Shown here in pieces: positions 38,926 through 48,809 of a stretch of 64,000 nucleotides of DNA. The DNA is from an uncultured Alphaproteobacteria bacterium (GTDB lineage: Bacteria; Pseudomonadota; Alphaproteobacteria; HIMB59; GCA-002718135), in NCBI GenBank assembly GCA_902615845.1, contig CACMQS010000003.1, forward strand, positions 62,531 to 126,530, written 5' to 3'. How positions within the stretch are numbered: position 1 is the first letter of the stretch; each line of letters begins with the position of its first letter. The position numbers were made by a program, and so were the translations under genes. The notes beneath the pieces were generated by a model. It saw only the letters and a list, made by a program, of their open reading frames with translations. It made no database searches and was not told the origin of the DNA.

Positions 38926-40011
38926 TTAATAGTGAACTATTGTCCCAGGTTGAATATTTGACTCAAGACAAGCATATACAAGAGCCATTGTATTATAGGC
39001 ATTATCAACGGAATGAGTTAATTCAGGTTCTTCTCCTGACGCATATCTTTGTAAGCTAGACATAGTGCCTATAAATGCATCTGGGAACCAAGTTCCAACA
39101 TTCTTGACTTTGGTCCATTCAGTATCTTTTGTAGAAATTTCAATCTCTTCCGGTTCACCGTTTGGATAGTTAAGTAGTAACCCAAATTTGATGTAAGCTG
39201 CTCCATCCAAACCTTCAACCCTGGCATACGCATGTGAGTGTTTCATACCATGTGAAGAATTATCATGAGTATGATTTATAGATAAACAACATCTAATATC
39301 ATCTTCATATTGAAGAATTATACTTGATCTAGCATCGGCTAAGTTTGGTAAGTTAGGATGTTTTACTGATTTACAATGTACACTTGTTGGATTCCCAAGA
39401 ACTGATCGTATCCAATCCAAATAATGAATAGAGTGGAGTGGAACTTCAACATTATCTAATGTTTCTAAAAAAGGCCAAAGATGCCAAGGGGTTCCTACGC
39501 TTAAACTTATTTCTAATTCTGTTAATTTGCCTAACATATTTTTATCTATTGCTTCTCTTAAAGCAATCATCATCGGACTAAATTTTAATTGAAGATTAAC
39601 ACATGCAATAATATTTTTTTCATTAATAATTTCTTTAATTCTTTTTGCTTGAGTCATACTATTACCCATTGGTTTTTGTAATTGGCAAATAGAATTATTT
39701 GGAATCTTTTGAACAATACCTAATAGAACTTGAGGAGGAACTGCTATATCAAAAACTACATCTTTTTCTGCTAATGCTTCTTCTTCACTAGAGTAAATCT
39801 TTTCAATAGAATAATTTTCAGCACATTTTTTTGCTTTTTCTATATCAGGATCATAAATTCCTCTAACAGGAAAGTTTGCTTTTTTATATGCTGGCAAATG
39901 GGCGTCACTTACTATTCCACCAGCACCAATGATTACAATTGGTTTTTTATTTTTTGGAAGCTCCCAAACAGTATTTAAATTTGCTATATCTTCTGTGCTA
40001 ATTTTTTCCAT
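38926..40011 (-). CDS. Gfo/Idh/MocA family oxidoreductase (candidate sugar 1-dehydrogenase)
   Basis: IIGAGGIV..AHLPAY, QKP, HSIHYLD. Confidence 0.88.
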   Translation of the reverse strand: MEKISTEDIANLNTVWELPKNKKPIVIIGAGGIVSDAHLPAYKKANFPVRGIYDPDIEKAKKCAENYSIEKIYSSEEEALAEKDVVFDIAVPPQVLLGIVQKIPNNSICQLQKPMGNSMTQAKRIKEIINEKNIIACVNLQLKFSPMMIALREAIDKNMLGKLTELEISLSVGTPWHLWPFLETLDNVEVPLHSIHYLDWIRSVLGNPTSVHCKSVKHPNLPNLADARSSIILQYEDDIRCCLSINHTHDNSSHGMKHSHAYARVEGLDGAAYIKFGLLLNYPNGEPEEIEISTKDTEWTKVKNVGTWFPDAFIGTMSSLQRYASGEEPELTHSVDNAYNTMALVYACLESNIQPGTIVHY

Positions 40012-40161
40012 AGAAAATATTTCTAACTAAATTTTTTAAAAAAGCAATAAATCATGCATTAATAAAAATTAAGATCAGAAAAAATTATGAATAACTAATG
40101 ATTTTGTTTCATTTCATTGTAAGTTCTATGTTAAGTTAATTTGAAAAATTAAGGAGGTTGT

Positions 40162-40491
40162 ATGGCTATACAAAGATATGGAATGGCTGTCAGATTGAAA
40201 GATAAGAAAAGACAATATTATATTGACAATCATGCTAATGTTTGGCCTGAAGTTTTAGAAGAGTTAAAAAAAATTAATGTTCAAAATTATAGTATCTTTT
40301 TGAAAGAAGATTTTATGTTTGGCTACCTTGAATATACAGGAAATGATTTTGATGGTGACATGGGAAAGATGCAACAAATTCCAATAGTAGAAAAGTGGAC
40401 TAAACTAATGATAGATTGTTTTAATCCATTTCCCAATAATGAAGATAATGAATCCTGGGTTATTATGGATCAAATTTTTTTTATGGAATAA
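40162..40491 (+). CDS. L-rhamnose/L-fucose mutarotase (RhaM/DUF718 family)
   Basis: Y...HANVWPEV, NYSIF, FGYLEY; AAGGAGG SD. Confidence 0.88.
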   Translation: MAIQRYGMAVRLKDKKRQYYIDNHANVWPEVLEELKKINVQNYSIFLKEDFMFGYLEYTGNDFDGDMGKMQQIPIVEKWTKLMIDCFNPFPNNEDNESWVIMDQIFFME

Positions 40492-41457
40492 TTGATGACT
40501 GTTTTAGTTACGGGTGGTTTAGGATTTATTGGATCTAAGGTTGTTTTGCAATTACTAAAAAAAGATATTGAAGTTTTAGTGACAGATCTAGACATTGTAA
40601 AAAATAAAGACAAACTTGAAAGTAACATATTAAAAATTGGGAAAAATAAAGACAAAGTAAAATATCAAAAATTAGATATTACCAATTATAAAGAAATTGA
40701 AAATATTTTTCAAAATAACAAAATAGATTCAGTTATTAATTTAGCGTATGGAATAGGAACTATATGCGAAGAAAATCCATTACTTGCAAGTAAAATAAAT
40801 ATTGTTGGTACTACTTCAATATTTGAAATGATTGTGAAGTATAAAATTAGACGATTAGTATTTGCAAGTAGCGAAACTGTTTATGGTGCTCATCAAGAAT
40901 TTTTTGGAAACAGAGCCGTTACAGAAGAAGATTACTCAGGTATTAATAATCACTTTTATACATATGGTGTGATGAAACTTCTTAATGAGTTTATGGCTGA
41001 AAAATATATCAAGAAGCATGGATGTAGTATTGCGTATACTAGACCATCAGTTGTCTTTGGTTATGGAAGGCAAAATACTGCAATAAACTGGGCTGAAGAT
41101 TTTGCAGCTAAACCTGCTTTGGGACAAGCAGCACATTTACCATTTTCAAAAAAAAATAGAGACAATTGGATTTATGTAGATGATTGTGCAGAGCAACTTG
41201 TTCGTTTAGCATTAAAAGAAACTCTAAACTATTCTTGCTTTAATACAGGTGCTGAAACTTTAGATGGTAGTCAATTAGAAGCAACTGTTAAAAAAATAAT
41301 TCCAGATGCAGAAATCTATTTTGATGAAAATGTAAAATCAACACCCCTAATTGATGATCAAAATGATGAAAGAATTCGAGAAGAAATAGATTTTAATCCG
41401 AGATCTTTTGAAGAAGGTGTTAAAAGTCTTATACAAGATGTAAGAGAAAGTAATTGA
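40492..41457 (+). CDS. NAD-dependent epimerase/dehydratase (extended SDR)
   Basis: VLVTGGLGFIG, ASSETVYG, YGVMK, RPSVVFG. Confidence 0.88.
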   Translation: MMTVLVTGGLGFIGSKVVLQLLKKDIEVLVTDLDIVKNKDKLESNILKIGKNKDKVKYQKLDITNYKEIENIFQNNKIDSVINLAYGIGTICEENPLLASKINIVGTTSIFEMIVKYKIRRLVFASSETVYGAHQEFFGNRAVTEEDYSGINNHFYTYGVMKLLNEFMAEKYIKKHGCSIAYTRPSVVFGYGRQNTAINWAEDFAAKPALGQAAHLPFSKKNRDNWIYVDDCAEQLVRLALKETLNYSCFNTGAETLDGSQLEATVKKIIPDAEIYFDENVKSTPLIDDQNDERIREEIDFNPRSFEEGVKSLIQDVRESN

Positions 41458-41460
41458 TAT

Positions 41461-42489
41461 ATGAGTTACACAACAACAGTCACAGGTAGTTATCCAAGGA
41501 AAGAAGTACAGAAAGATACACTTCGCAAACCAAGTGTTTCTGAAGAAGAGTCTTTTGAAATGATTAAATGGGCAGTTAAAGAACAGTCTGATCTTGGTCT
41601 AGATATAATTACTGATGGTGAAGGATACAGAGAAAATATGTATTGGTTCTACCAATTACGATTGGATGGGGTAGATGCAATAAATAAAATTCGAAAAGAC
41701 TTTACACTTGGTGGTTCAATGAAAGGTGTAGATTTAAGTAAGACTCATGGAACAAAAGGTTTTGGAATTGAGTGTGCAGTTGTAAAAGATGAAATTAAAA
41801 ACCTAAGAACTAGTTTAGCAAAAAAATGGAGAGTAGCGAGAGAAAATACACCTTCTAACGTCAGAGTAAAACAAACAATTACAGGACCTCATATGTTAGC
41901 AAGGTTTAGTGTTAATCAAAGACCTGATTTATATCCTGATGACATTGCTCTGGCAAAAGCTTATGCGAACGCATTGACCCAAGAACTAGAAGAAGTCGTT
42001 AATGAAGGCTGTGATTATATTCAATTTGATGAACCCGTTTGGACAGAAAATGTAAATGAAACTAAATGGGCTGCTGAAATACTCAATACAATTATTGAGA
42101 AATTTCCTAATGTAGATTTTAACCTTCATGTATGTGGTGGTAATGCTCATAGGAAAAGAGGATTTTTTGGAAAATATACAGATATGATTGATGCATTTAA
42201 AATTTTAAAAGTTGATGAAATACATCTAGAGCACTGTAGTTTACATTATAAGATGTTGGATGTTTTTAATGATTGGAAATTTGACGGTAAAGTATCTCTT
42301 GGAGTAATTGATCAAAGAATTGATAGCACAGAAACAGAGGAAGACATTATAAAAGCTATAAAACCTGCGCTAGAATATTTTCCTAAAGAAAAAATATTGT
42401 TAACAAGTGAGTGCGGATTTGGTCACGTACCAATAGATATTGTTAAAAATAAAATAAAAATGTTAGTTGCTACTGCTAAAAAATTATAA
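41461..42489 (+). CDS. Cobalamin-independent methionine synthase II family (single catalytic barrel) Zn-thiol enzyme
   Basis: TTVTGSYPR, DIITDGE..R, ITGP, IQFDEP, HVC, LE, GVID, ECGF. Confidence 0.85.
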   Translation: MSYTTTVTGSYPRKEVQKDTLRKPSVSEEESFEMIKWAVKEQSDLGLDIITDGEGYRENMYWFYQLRLDGVDAINKIRKDFTLGGSMKGVDLSKTHGTKGFGIECAVVKDEIKNLRTSLAKKWRVARENTPSNVRVKQTITGPHMLARFSVNQRPDLYPDDIALAKAYANALTQELEEVVNEGCDYIQFDEPVWTENVNETKWAAEILNTIIEKFPNVDFNLHVCGGNAHRKRGFFGKYTDMIDAFKILKVDEIHLEHCSLHYKMLDVFNDWKFDGKVSLGVIDQRIDSTETEEDIIKAIKPALEYFPKEKILLTSECGFGHVPIDIVKNKIKMLVATAKKL

Positions 42490-43332
42490 TTAAATTTTAT
42501 AGATTCTTTCAGCATTAGAGCTTGCAATTTTCTTTGCTTCATCATCTGAAAGATTACCTAGAATAGTATGTGTAACTTTAATCCACTCTTGAATGCCTTT
42601 TCCAGCATTAACTACTGGATAATCACTTCCCCAAACCATTCTGTCGGGACCAAAACATTCCAAAGAATGATCAACGTATGGCTTTATTGTTTCATAAGAG
42701 GAAGTGCCAGGTGCACAATAAGCCATTAAACCTGATAATTTACAAGTAACATTTGGAAGTTCAGACAGAGATTTAAGATCCTTACCCCATTCATCGATCT
42801 CTCCAGATGCAATAGGCGGAACCCCACAATGATTCAATACTAAATCCATCTGATCACATTCCTTTGCAAATTCTTTTGCAATTTTTAGCTGTGTTGGGAG
42901 AAAACAAATATCAAAGGGTTTTCCAGCTGAACCAATTTTTTTTACATTATTTCTTAATACCGTATTTTGAGAAAATTCATCAGGCATAACATGAAAAATT
43001 CTTCTATATCCAACTACATTCATATCAATGGTTTCCTCCAACCATTGATCAAAACCATTTTCCTCTTCTGGTCTTATTGAAACAATTAAACCCTTCATAT
43101 TACTATTAGGCAGATCCATTATAGATTTTATAAATTTTGTTTCTTTTTTATAATCAGAGTCATCTACTCCTGTTTCCATGAATATTGTACCTTTGATTTT
43201 AAACTCTTTAGTTAGTTCTTTGTAGTCCTCTAATGTAAAATTTCCTTTATCTATAGGCGGAAATTCATTTGCCCAGCTATATCCAACTTGGTCCCGATAC
43301 ATTAAATGCTGATGGGTATCTATTAATTCCAT
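42490..43332 (-). CDS. Amidohydrolase_2 family protein, probable sugar (L-fucono) lactonase
   Basis: IDTHQH, G.RR, VLNHCG.P, PNV.CKLSG, FGPDRMVWGSDYP. Confidence 0.85.
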   Translation of the reverse strand: MELIDTHQHLMYRDQVGYSWANEFPPIDKGNFTLEDYKELTKEFKIKGTIFMETGVDDSDYKKETKFIKSIMDLPNSNMKGLIVSIRPEEENGFDQWLEETIDMNVVGYRRIFHVMPDEFSQNTVLRNNVKKIGSAGKPFDICFLPTQLKIAKEFAKECDQMDLVLNHCGVPPIASGEIDEWGKDLKSLSELPNVTCKLSGLMAYCAPGTSSYETIKPYVDHSLECFGPDRMVWGSDYPVVNAGKGIQEWIKVTHTILGNLSDDEAKKIASSNAERIYKI

Positions 43333-43420
43333 AAATAATGTTTAACACATATTGTTGAGGATGAAACTATTTTTGTTAATATATTTTCAAATAATCTAAT
43401 AATGATTTATTATAAAACAA

Positions 43421-44404
43421 ATGAATGTTCTTTTATCCGGTGGAGCTGGTTATATCGGAAGTCATGCCGCTCTTTCTCTTCTAGATGCTGGTCATAATGT
43501 TCATATTATTGATGATTTATCTACTGGTAACGAAAGTCTTATTCCTAAAAATGCATTTTTTACAAATTGTAATATTAATGATGAAAAAGTAATTGCTGAG
43601 CTTATAAAATCTAATAGCTTTGATTTATTAATGCACTTTGCTGGTTTTATTCAAGTTGAGGAATCTGTAAAATATCCGCAGAAATATTTTAATAATAATA
43701 CTGAAAATGCAACTAAGCTATTTGAAACTTGTAAAAATAATGGATTAAATAAAATAGTATTTTCTTCAACAGCCGCTGCATACGGATCAGTAAGTGAAAA
43801 TAAATTAATAGATGAAAATACAAATTTAAATCCTCAAAATCCATATGCTGAATCTAAAATAAAAACAGAAAATTTTTTATTTGAAAATAAATATGACTAC
43901 AAATTTATAATATTACGATACTTTAACGTTGCTGGTGCTGATAAAAAGTTAAGATCAGGTCAAATTTCTAAAAGATCAACACATTTAATAAAAATTTTAT
44001 CTGAGGTAGTGGTAGGTAAAAGAGATCATATTGAAATATTTGGCAATGATTATAATACGCCTGATGGAACAGCTATCAGAGACTATATTCATGTGTCTGA
44101 TCTTGCTGATATCCACTTAGAAGTTGCAAAATATTTATTAGAAAGTTCAGAATCCAATTTATTTAATTGTGGTTATGGAAATGGTTTTAGTGTTTTAGAT
44201 GTTATAAATACTGCAAATAAAATTTCAAAAGATAAAATTGATTACAAATTTTCAAATAGAAGAGATGGGGATGTTGAACAATTAATTGCAGATACATCAA
44301 AAATATTAAAACATATTGATTGGAGACCAAAACATAATGATCTAAGTGAAATTATAAATTCTTCAATTAAATGGGAAGAAAAAATTAATGAATCAAATAC
44401 ATAA
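43421..44404 (+). CDS. galE: UDP-glucose 4-epimerase
   Basis: GGAGYIGSH, HFAG.IQV.ES, FSSTAA.YG, Y..SK, LRYFNVAGA, PDGTAIRDYIHV. Confidence 0.93.
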   Translation: MNVLLSGGAGYIGSHAALSLLDAGHNVHIIDDLSTGNESLIPKNAFFTNCNINDEKVIAELIKSNSFDLLMHFAGFIQVEESVKYPQKYFNNNTENATKLFETCKNNGLNKIVFSSTAAAYGSVSENKLIDENTNLNPQNPYAESKIKTENFLFENKYDYKFIILRYFNVAGADKKLRSGQISKRSTHLIKILSEVVVGKRDHIEIFGNDYNTPDGTAIRDYIHVSDLADIHLEVAKYLLESSESNLFNCGYGNGFSVLDVINTANKISKDKIDYKFSNRRDGDVEQLIADTSKILKHIDWRPKHNDLSEIINSSIKWEEKINESNT

Positions 44405-45437
44405 GAGAGTTTTTATAAGAAATGATAAAAAAGAACTTTATCTTTATGGTTATAAGGAACACTTAGAGTCCCCAAGCCAAGAACTTGAGATAACAGAAAT
44501 TCCTAAACCTCATATGAGATGGAACCCTTCAAGAGAAGAATGGGTTACATACTCAGCAGGAAGAAAAAATAGAACGTCATTTCCACCAAAAGAATATTGC
44601 CCACTTTGTCCAGGTGCAAATTTAAATTATCCAACAGAGATACCATTTTCAAACTTCGAAGTTGCAGTCTTTCCAAATCGTTGGGCTAGCTTTAATCCAA
44701 ATGGAGAAAATATATTTTTAGAAAATATTTTAAGTAAACCTTCAAAAGGAGAGTGTGAAGTAGTTGTATATTCACCAGCACATCTTGATACAATTTCTGA
44801 AATGCCTTTGGAACGAATAGAATTATTAACTACAGTTTGGATTGATAGATATAAGGAGTTGCAAAAAAAACTTGATGTTAAATATGTTCTACCTTTTGAA
44901 AATAGAGGGGAAGAATGTGGTGTTACTCTTCATCATCCACATGGTCAAATTTATGCTTATCCTTTTATTCCTCCTGCAATTGAAAAAGAAATAAGGGCAT
45001 TTAAAAAAGAGAATTTTTTAATTAAAATTATGAAGCAACTAGAAGAAAAATATTATGTATATCAAAATGAAAACTTTATAGCTGCTGTACCACCTTTTGC
45101 TAGATACGCTTATGAAGTATGGATAATACCTAAAATACAAGTTGAAGGGCCTTGGAAATTTAATGATAAACAAGTTCAAGATTTTTCAAAATGTATTCAA
45201 CAAATTGTAAGAGGATATGATAGTTTTCTGAATAAAAAATGTCCTTATATTATGGGCTTACACGCGTCTCCTGAAGTAGATGATAGTAAGTTTCATTTTC
45301 ATGTTGAATTTTATCCACCTCTAAGACACGGTGATAAACCAAAAATTTTAGCTGGCTCAGAGTCAATGGCTGGTGTTTTTATAATGGATGTATTGCCGGA
45401 AGATTCTGCTAAAGTATTAAGAAAATATATGTCATGA
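44388..45437 (+). CDS. galT: Galactose-1-phosphate uridylyltransferase
   Basis: RWNP..EWV, CPLCPG, FENRG..CGVTLHHPHGQ, HFHVEF.PP. Confidence 0.9.
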   Translation: MNQIHKRVFIRNDKKELYLYGYKEHLESPSQELEITEIPKPHMRWNPSREEWVTYSAGRKNRTSFPPKEYCPLCPGANLNYPTEIPFSNFEVAVFPNRWASFNPNGENIFLENILSKPSKGECEVVVYSPAHLDTISEMPLERIELLTTVWIDRYKELQKKLDVKYVLPFENRGEECGVTLHHPHGQIYAYPFIPPAIEKEIRAFKKENFLIKIMKQLEEKYYVYQNENFIAAVPPFARYAYEVWIIPKIQVEGPWKFNDKQVQDFSKCIQQIVRGYDSFLNKKCPYIMGLHASPEVDDSKFHFHVEFYPPLRHGDKPKILAGSESMAGVFIMDVLPEDSAKVLRKYMS

Positions 45438-45847
45438 AAACAATAGAAGAAAAAATAAATTACTATAAAGAAAGTCTAGACCTATTCGATGACGGAATGG
45501 ATAAGTATAAGTTTTTAATTGATCAGGCAAAAAATGCTAAAAATTTTCCTGAAGAATTTAGAAATGAGTCTTTTAAAGTCTCAGGATGTCAGGCACAAGT
45601 ATGGCTGGTTCCTCAATTAAAAGAAAATATACTTTCATTTTATTATGACTCAGATGCATTTATATCAAAAGGTATAGTGACAATTCTATGTGATATTTAT
45701 GGTGACAGAAATCCTTCTGAAATTAAAAATTCAGACTTTAGTATGTTAAATTCTTTAGAACTTGATACTCTATTAACTCCAGGAAGAAGAAATGGCGTTT
45801 ATTCAATGTTAGAAAAAATAAAAGAATATGCTAATTCTTATGAATAA
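45434..45847 (+). CDS. sufE: Fe-S cluster sulfur-acceptor SufE family protein
   Basis: VSGCQAQVW, DSDA.ISKG, LTPGR.NG. Confidence 0.9.
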   Translation: MKTIEEKINYYKESLDLFDDGMDKYKFLIDQAKNAKNFPEEFRNESFKVSGCQAQVWLVPQLKENILSFYYDSDAFISKGIVTILCDIYGDRNPSEIKNSDFSMLNSLELDTLLTPGRRNGVYSMLEKIKEYANSYE

Positions 45848-45855
45848 AATAAATT

Positions 45856-46461
45856 ATGTTTTATGAGCCAAATAAAGAAAATCCATTTAAAATAGATCCA
45901 TTCAAATCATTGGTATTTCCAAGACCAATTGGCTGGATATCCTCAGTTAGTATTAATGGAGTAGCTAATTTAGCACCATACTCATATTTTAATGCAATTG
46001 CTGACGAACCGCCCCAAGTTATGTTTTGTTCAAATGGCAGTTCAGTTAACAGAAAATATAAAGACTCATTATCTAATATTTTGTCTACAAAAGAATTTGT
46101 AGTCAATTTTGCTACCTCAGAAACACGAGAACAAATGAATATTACTTCTGGAGATTTTAAACCAGATGAAGATGAATTTTATTTTTCTAAATTAAAAACA
46201 AAAAAATCTAAACTAGTTAAAGTGCCATCTGTAAAAAATAGTCCTGTAAATTTAGAATGCAAATTATTACGAACAATAAAATTAAAATCAAATTCAAAAA
46301 AAATTTCAACAATGATTATTGGCGAAGTAATTGGAATTTATATAAATAATAAATTTATTAAAAATAACAGAATAGATAGTATTGCAATGCGATATATTGC
46401 AAGAATGGGTTACAGCGAGTACACAACTATAGATTCTAAATTTAACCTTAGGAGAAAATAA
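45856..46461 (+). CDS. Flavin reductase family (DIM6/NTAB) protein
   Basis: PRPIGWISS, NLAPYSYFN, KDSL.NI, EFVVN, SPVNLECK. Confidence 0.88.
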   Translation: MFYEPNKENPFKIDPFKSLVFPRPIGWISSVSINGVANLAPYSYFNAIADEPPQVMFCSNGSSVNRKYKDSLSNILSTKEFVVNFATSETREQMNITSGDFKPDEDEFYFSKLKTKKSKLVKVPSVKNSPVNLECKLLRTIKLKSNSKKISTMIIGEVIGIYINNKFIKNNRIDSIAMRYIARMGYSEYTTIDSKFNLRRK

Positions 46462-47108
46462 TGAATTTTTTTGATTGGTTTAATAATGTTCTTGATAAAC
46501 TTGATAAAAGATCAGTATCTATAAAAAAAACAATTGATTTTCTTGAAACAAAAAAAGATCCAATAATTATTCTAGAAACTGGTTGTTTAAGAAAAATTGA
46601 TAGTTTTACAGGAGATGGTCAATCAACATTAATTTTTGATAAATATGTTCAGCATCGTAACGATGGGTCTAAAGTTTTTTCAGTAGATATTAATCCAGCT
46701 CATGTAGACATTTGTAAAAGTGTTGTAAGTGAACGAGTACATGTTGAAGTCGAGGATAGTGTAAGATTTATTTCAAAAATGGATAGATATTTAGATAAAA
46801 AGGAAAAGATATCCTTATTATATCTTGACTCATTTGATGTTAATTGGCTTTATCCTTTTGAGTCATCTGCTCATCACCTAAAAGAGCTTACAGCCGCAAT
46901 ACCTTATATAAATAAAGATACACTTTTGGTAGTTGATGATGCACCAATAGCAATGCAAGGTTACAGAGATGAGAAAAATAATTTTAAACTTATAAAAAAT
47001 GCTTCTATTGGAGGAAAAGGATATTTAATACACGAATATGCACAATCGGTTGGAGCTGAATTTTATTTTTCACACTACCAAATTGCTTACAAAAATTTAA
47101 CAAAGTAG
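46461..47108 (+). CDS. Putative class I SAM-dependent methyltransferase
   Basis: ILETG, SVDI, DSV, LLYLDS, VVDD pattern. Confidence 0.6.
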   Translation: MNFFDWFNNVLDKLDKRSVSIKKTIDFLETKKDPIIILETGCLRKIDSFTGDGQSTLIFDKYVQHRNDGSKVFSVDINPAHVDICKSVVSERVHVEVEDSVRFISKMDRYLDKKEKISLLYLDSFDVNWLYPFESSAHHLKELTAAIPYINKDTLLVVDDAPIAMQGYRDEKNNFKLIKNASIGGKGYLIHEYAQSVGAEFYFSHYQIAYKNLTK

Positions 47109-47154
47109 AGTAACTATTTACAATAAGGAAAAATTGCTATTATGCTGCTAATGA

Positions 47155-48033
47155 ATGATAATTAGTAAGAATGAAGAATTAATATTAAAATGTAATATAT
47201 GTGATAATAAAAATATTTCAGATTTATTAGATTATAAAAAATTTTATTTGAAAGTATGTAAAAAGTGCAATTTTTATTTTTCAAATAAAATACCAAATAT
47301 AAATATGATTAATGAATGCTATTCTGAATATGATAGATCAGTTACTTTATCTGATAATAGCATTAAGAACATTGAAGTAATAGTAAATAGGCATATCAAG
47401 AAATATGATATTAATAATGTCTTGGATATTGGTTGTGGTAATGGAGAATTTCTTGACTTATATAAAAAATTTGGAAAAGAAACTTACTTTACTGAATTTG
47501 GAGATAATTTAATTAACCAATTAAAACAAAAACATAAATATATAGATGGTGGAATGAATCCTTTGTCAAAGAAGAAATTTGATTTAGTTATTCTTTCAGA
47601 GGTTATTGAACACACTAATGATCCAAATAGCTTAATCAAATCTATAAGTAATCTGCAAAATAAAAATGGCTTAATTTATATAACTACACCAAACTACAAT
47701 TCTTTAGAGCGTAAAATTTATAAATCTAGTTATGGTATATTTTCTTATCCTGAACACCTATCCTACTTTACAATCAAAAGCTTAGATATTTTATTACAAA
47801 AACATGGTTATAAAAAAATTTATGGATTTAGTAGTAATGTTTCTCTTTATAGATTTTTAGAGTATTTTAATAAAAGTAATTTAAATAAAATTAATATTAA
47901 TAAATCCTCAGATAAAATTCAGAGCATATCAAAAAAAAGTGGTTTAATTTATATAAAAAATCTTATTTCTCTTATTTTAAGATTATTAAATTTAGGTAAT
48001 ACTCTTTACTTCTTTTACAAAAAAAATACTTAA
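47155..48033 (+). CDS. Class I SAM-dependent methyltransferase with N-terminal CxxC..CxxC
   Basis: CNIC/CKKC, VLDIGCGNG, FDLV...EVIEH, ITTPN, PEHL.YF. Confidence 0.85.
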   Translation: MIISKNEELILKCNICDNKNISDLLDYKKFYLKVCKKCNFYFSNKIPNINMINECYSEYDRSVTLSDNSIKNIEVIVNRHIKKYDINNVLDIGCGNGEFLDLYKKFGKETYFTEFGDNLINQLKQKHKYIDGGMNPLSKKKFDLVILSEVIEHTNDPNSLIKSISNLQNKNGLIYITTPNYNSLERKIYKSSYGIFSYPEHLSYFTIKSLDILLQKHGYKKIYGFSSNVSLYRFLEYFNKSNLNKININKSSDKIQSISKKSGLIYIKNLISLILRLLNLGNTLYFFYKKNT

Positions 48034-48674
48034 TTTTTAATTTTTCTGAATACATGTTCTTTGATTATGATATCTACCACTTCATAACCCATTTTATTCA
48101 TAAAGTGAATTTGTTCAGTTTTTTCTACTTGTTCGAGAAGTTCAATACAAACTATAGGATTACAATTTTTTAAGATATTTATCATTCCTTTTAATACATC
48201 TAAACCCAACCCCTCTACATCAATTTTTATAAAATCTACTTTTGTTAAATTAAAACTATCTAAGTTGACTAGTTGAATTTTTTCAACATAATCTTGACTT
48301 GAGATTTCCTCATGTTTTAACAGAGTTCTTGATGCTCCAGAATTTCCTATACTTCTAGTAATTAAAGCTTCTTTTTCTATTTTTGTTTTACCTAGTCCTA
48401 AATTAAATAATTTTGCATTTTTAGATTTTACATTCAGTTTTAAACATTCAAAAAATTCATTTACTAGTTCAAAACAATACAGATTATCGAAAAAATTTAA
48501 TAAATCTCTGGACCATAAACCTACATGCGCTCCACAATCAATAGCAACTCCAAAATCTTCTACATAAGACAGAGCTCTATTTCTTTGGGCTTCTTGATAA
48601 CCAATGTTTAAATCAAAGAAATTCTGAAAATGATTATCCCAATCAGGAAAATAAAAGTTGTGAATTTTTTTCAT
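48030..48674 (-). CDS. FkbM family methyltransferase
   Basis: AIDCGAHVG.WS, FE, N.G, LDS, VDFIKIDVEG, L.G. Confidence 0.88.
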   Translation of the reverse strand: MKKIHNFYFPDWDNHFQNFFDLNIGYQEAQRNRALSYVEDFGVAIDCGAHVGLWSRDLLNFFDNLYCFELVNEFFECLKLNVKSKNAKLFNLGLGKTKIEKEALITRSIGNSGASRTLLKHEEISSQDYVEKIQLVNLDSFNLTKVDFIKIDVEGLGLDVLKGMINILKNCNPIVCIELLEQVEKTEQIHFMNKMGYEVVDIIIKEHVFRKIKN

Positions 48675-48809
48675 TTAGTTTTTAATAGTTAGCATTTTAT
48701 ATTCATTCAAGAACTCAATGATATTCTTACGACACTTTTAATAATTATTTTTTAAAATAAGCGCATAGACTTACAATTAAAAACCAAGTAAAAGTAGGAA
48801 AAATAAACT

